Below are positions 48,662 through 49,682 of a DNA stretch of 49,682 bases, in pieces. The notes beneath the pieces were generated by a model. That model saw nothing but the letters and a program-made list of their open reading frames with translations, ran no database searches and was not told the DNA's origin. The position numbers and the translations under genes are program-made. How positions within the stretch are numbered: position 1 is the stretch's first letter; every line of letters begins with the position of its first letter. Source of the stretch: an uncultured Methanosarcinales archaeon. GTDB taxonomy: Archaea; Nanobdellota; Nanobdellia; Woesearchaeales; JACPBV01. The DNA is taken from contig CAZNZT010000010.1 of the NCBI GenBank assembly GCA_964577685.1, positions 1 through 49,682 on the forward strand. The letters are read 5' to 3'.

Positions 48662-49588
48662 TTAGTTGAGTTTATTTTTTATAATATATTTCTTTCCATT
48701 TTCTTTACTTGTTATCATTTCTCCAATAAGTCCAATAGATATAAATTGAACACCCATGATCATCAATAGTACCCCCAACAAAAGCAAAGGTCTTTCTCCT
48801 ATCCGTATTTTTAGAATCAACCTTATAAAAGCAAGATAAAGGGAGATTAGGGATCCAATTAAAGTTAATATTGAACCAAAAATAGCAAATAAGTGCATTG
48901 GAGCTTTTTTGTAACTAAGAAGGAATTTTATTGTAATTAAGTCAAAAAATCCTGTGAATAACCGTGTTATTCCGTACTTACTTTTTCCGAATCTTCTAGG
49001 ACGATGGGTGACCTCTACCTCACCAATTTTGTATCCTTGGTAACTTACTATAGATGGGATATACCTATAAAGTCCACCATAGAGATTTAAGTTTTTTGCA
49101 ACCTCTTTTCTCATAGCTCTAAGGTTACAATCGGAATCATGAATTTCTATTTTTGTTAGTATTCTTACTAGGATATTAAATATCTTTGAGTTTATCTTTC
49201 TTAAGGGGTGGTCTTTTCTTTTGTATCTCCATCCAACAACCAAGTCATAACCTTTATTTAACTTTTCTATTAGTCTTGGAATTTCTTTAGGATTATCTTG
49301 TAAGTCCGAGTCCATCGTAATTATTATTTTCCCACTTGCTTCATTAAATCCTGCAGATAATGCAGCCGCTTTCCCAAAATTTTTCTGAAAACTTATTATT
49401 TTAATTTTTTTATCCAATCTAGCTATTTTTTTTAGTACACTGAATGTATTATCCTTACTACCGTCATCTACAAAAATTATCTCATATTTTTTTTTAAGTT
49501 TCTTTAGAACATCATTTAATTCATCATAAAGGAGAAATACATTCTTTTCCTCATTATATGCGGGGATTACTATACTTAAGTCCTTCAT
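48662..49588 (-). CDS. GT2 polyprenol-phosphate glycosyltransferase (ArnC/GtrB-like)
   Basis: VIPAYNEE, VDDGSKD, NFGKAAAL.AG, MDSDLQD.P, two C-terminal TMs with IGLIGEM. Confidence 0.92.
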   Translation of the reverse strand: MKDLSIVIPAYNEEKNVFLLYDELNDVLKKLKKKYEIIFVDDGSKDNTFSVLKKIARLDKKIKIISFQKNFGKAAALSAGFNEASGKIIITMDSDLQDNPKEIPRLIEKLNKGYDLVVGWRYKRKDHPLRKINSKIFNILVRILTKIEIHDSDCNLRAMRKEVAKNLNLYGGLYRYIPSIVSYQGYKIGEVEVTHRPRRFGKSKYGITRLFTGFFDLITIKFLLSYKKAPMHLFAIFGSILTLIGSLISLYLAFIRLILKIRIGERPLLLLGVLLMIMGVQFISIGLIGEMITSKENGKKYIIKNKLN

Positions 49589-49594
49589 TTATTC

Positions 49595-49680
49595 TCATAA
49601 AGAATTTTTTTACTTTTAAAAACATTGCGTTTTTGTAAAGTAAAGTTATTAAGTATACAATTCACAAGGAATAGCATTAA
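49595..49680 (-). CDS. 3' end of an upstream gene (possibly GtrA-like), partial
   Basis: Open frame from the window edge: LMLFLVNCILNNFTLQKRNVFKSKKNSL*. Confidence 0.3.
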
Positions 49681-49682
49681 TC

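Noticed and set aside
1..49682. CRISPR array, IS/transposase, integrase, rRNA, alternative genetic code
   Set aside because: No regularly spaced repeats or such motifs were seen; long genes read through normally with the standard code.

Overview
AT-rich archaeal DNA. It is most consistent with a DPANN (Woesearchaeota-like) genome, judged from archaeal NAC, Sec61beta, RNase J, an archaeal RNase P RNA, BHB-type tRNA introns and TATA-driven, largely leaderless genes; the lineage is an inference. A short housekeeping block at about 5.3-12.5 kb holds rnpB, Sec61beta, NAC, an AmmeMemoRadiSam enzyme, an unknown three-gene coiled-coil operon, tRNA-Leu(CAA) with three introns, and RNase J. It sits within a very large surface-glycan region: a flippase, 4 DPM1-like GT2, 2 GT4, 2 GT9, 6 GT-C-like membrane proteins (one pseudogenised), and GDP-, CDP- and UDP-sugar enzymes. 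Most notable: (i) a ThDP E1alpha/E1beta pair with a stand-alone lipoyl domain and a hexapeptide acyltransferase, lacking E2 core and E3, inside a CDP-sugar operon; (ii) a three-intron tRNA whose BHB motifs imply ordered splicing; (iii) three tandem paralogues of a ~65-aa strand-plus-coiled-coil domain; (iv) an exact 33-bp duplication of the rnpB promoter 5.2 kb upstream; (v) clear deletion and decay scars. No CRISPR array, rRNA or transposase was seen. All family calls come from motif recognition by eye, not database searches.
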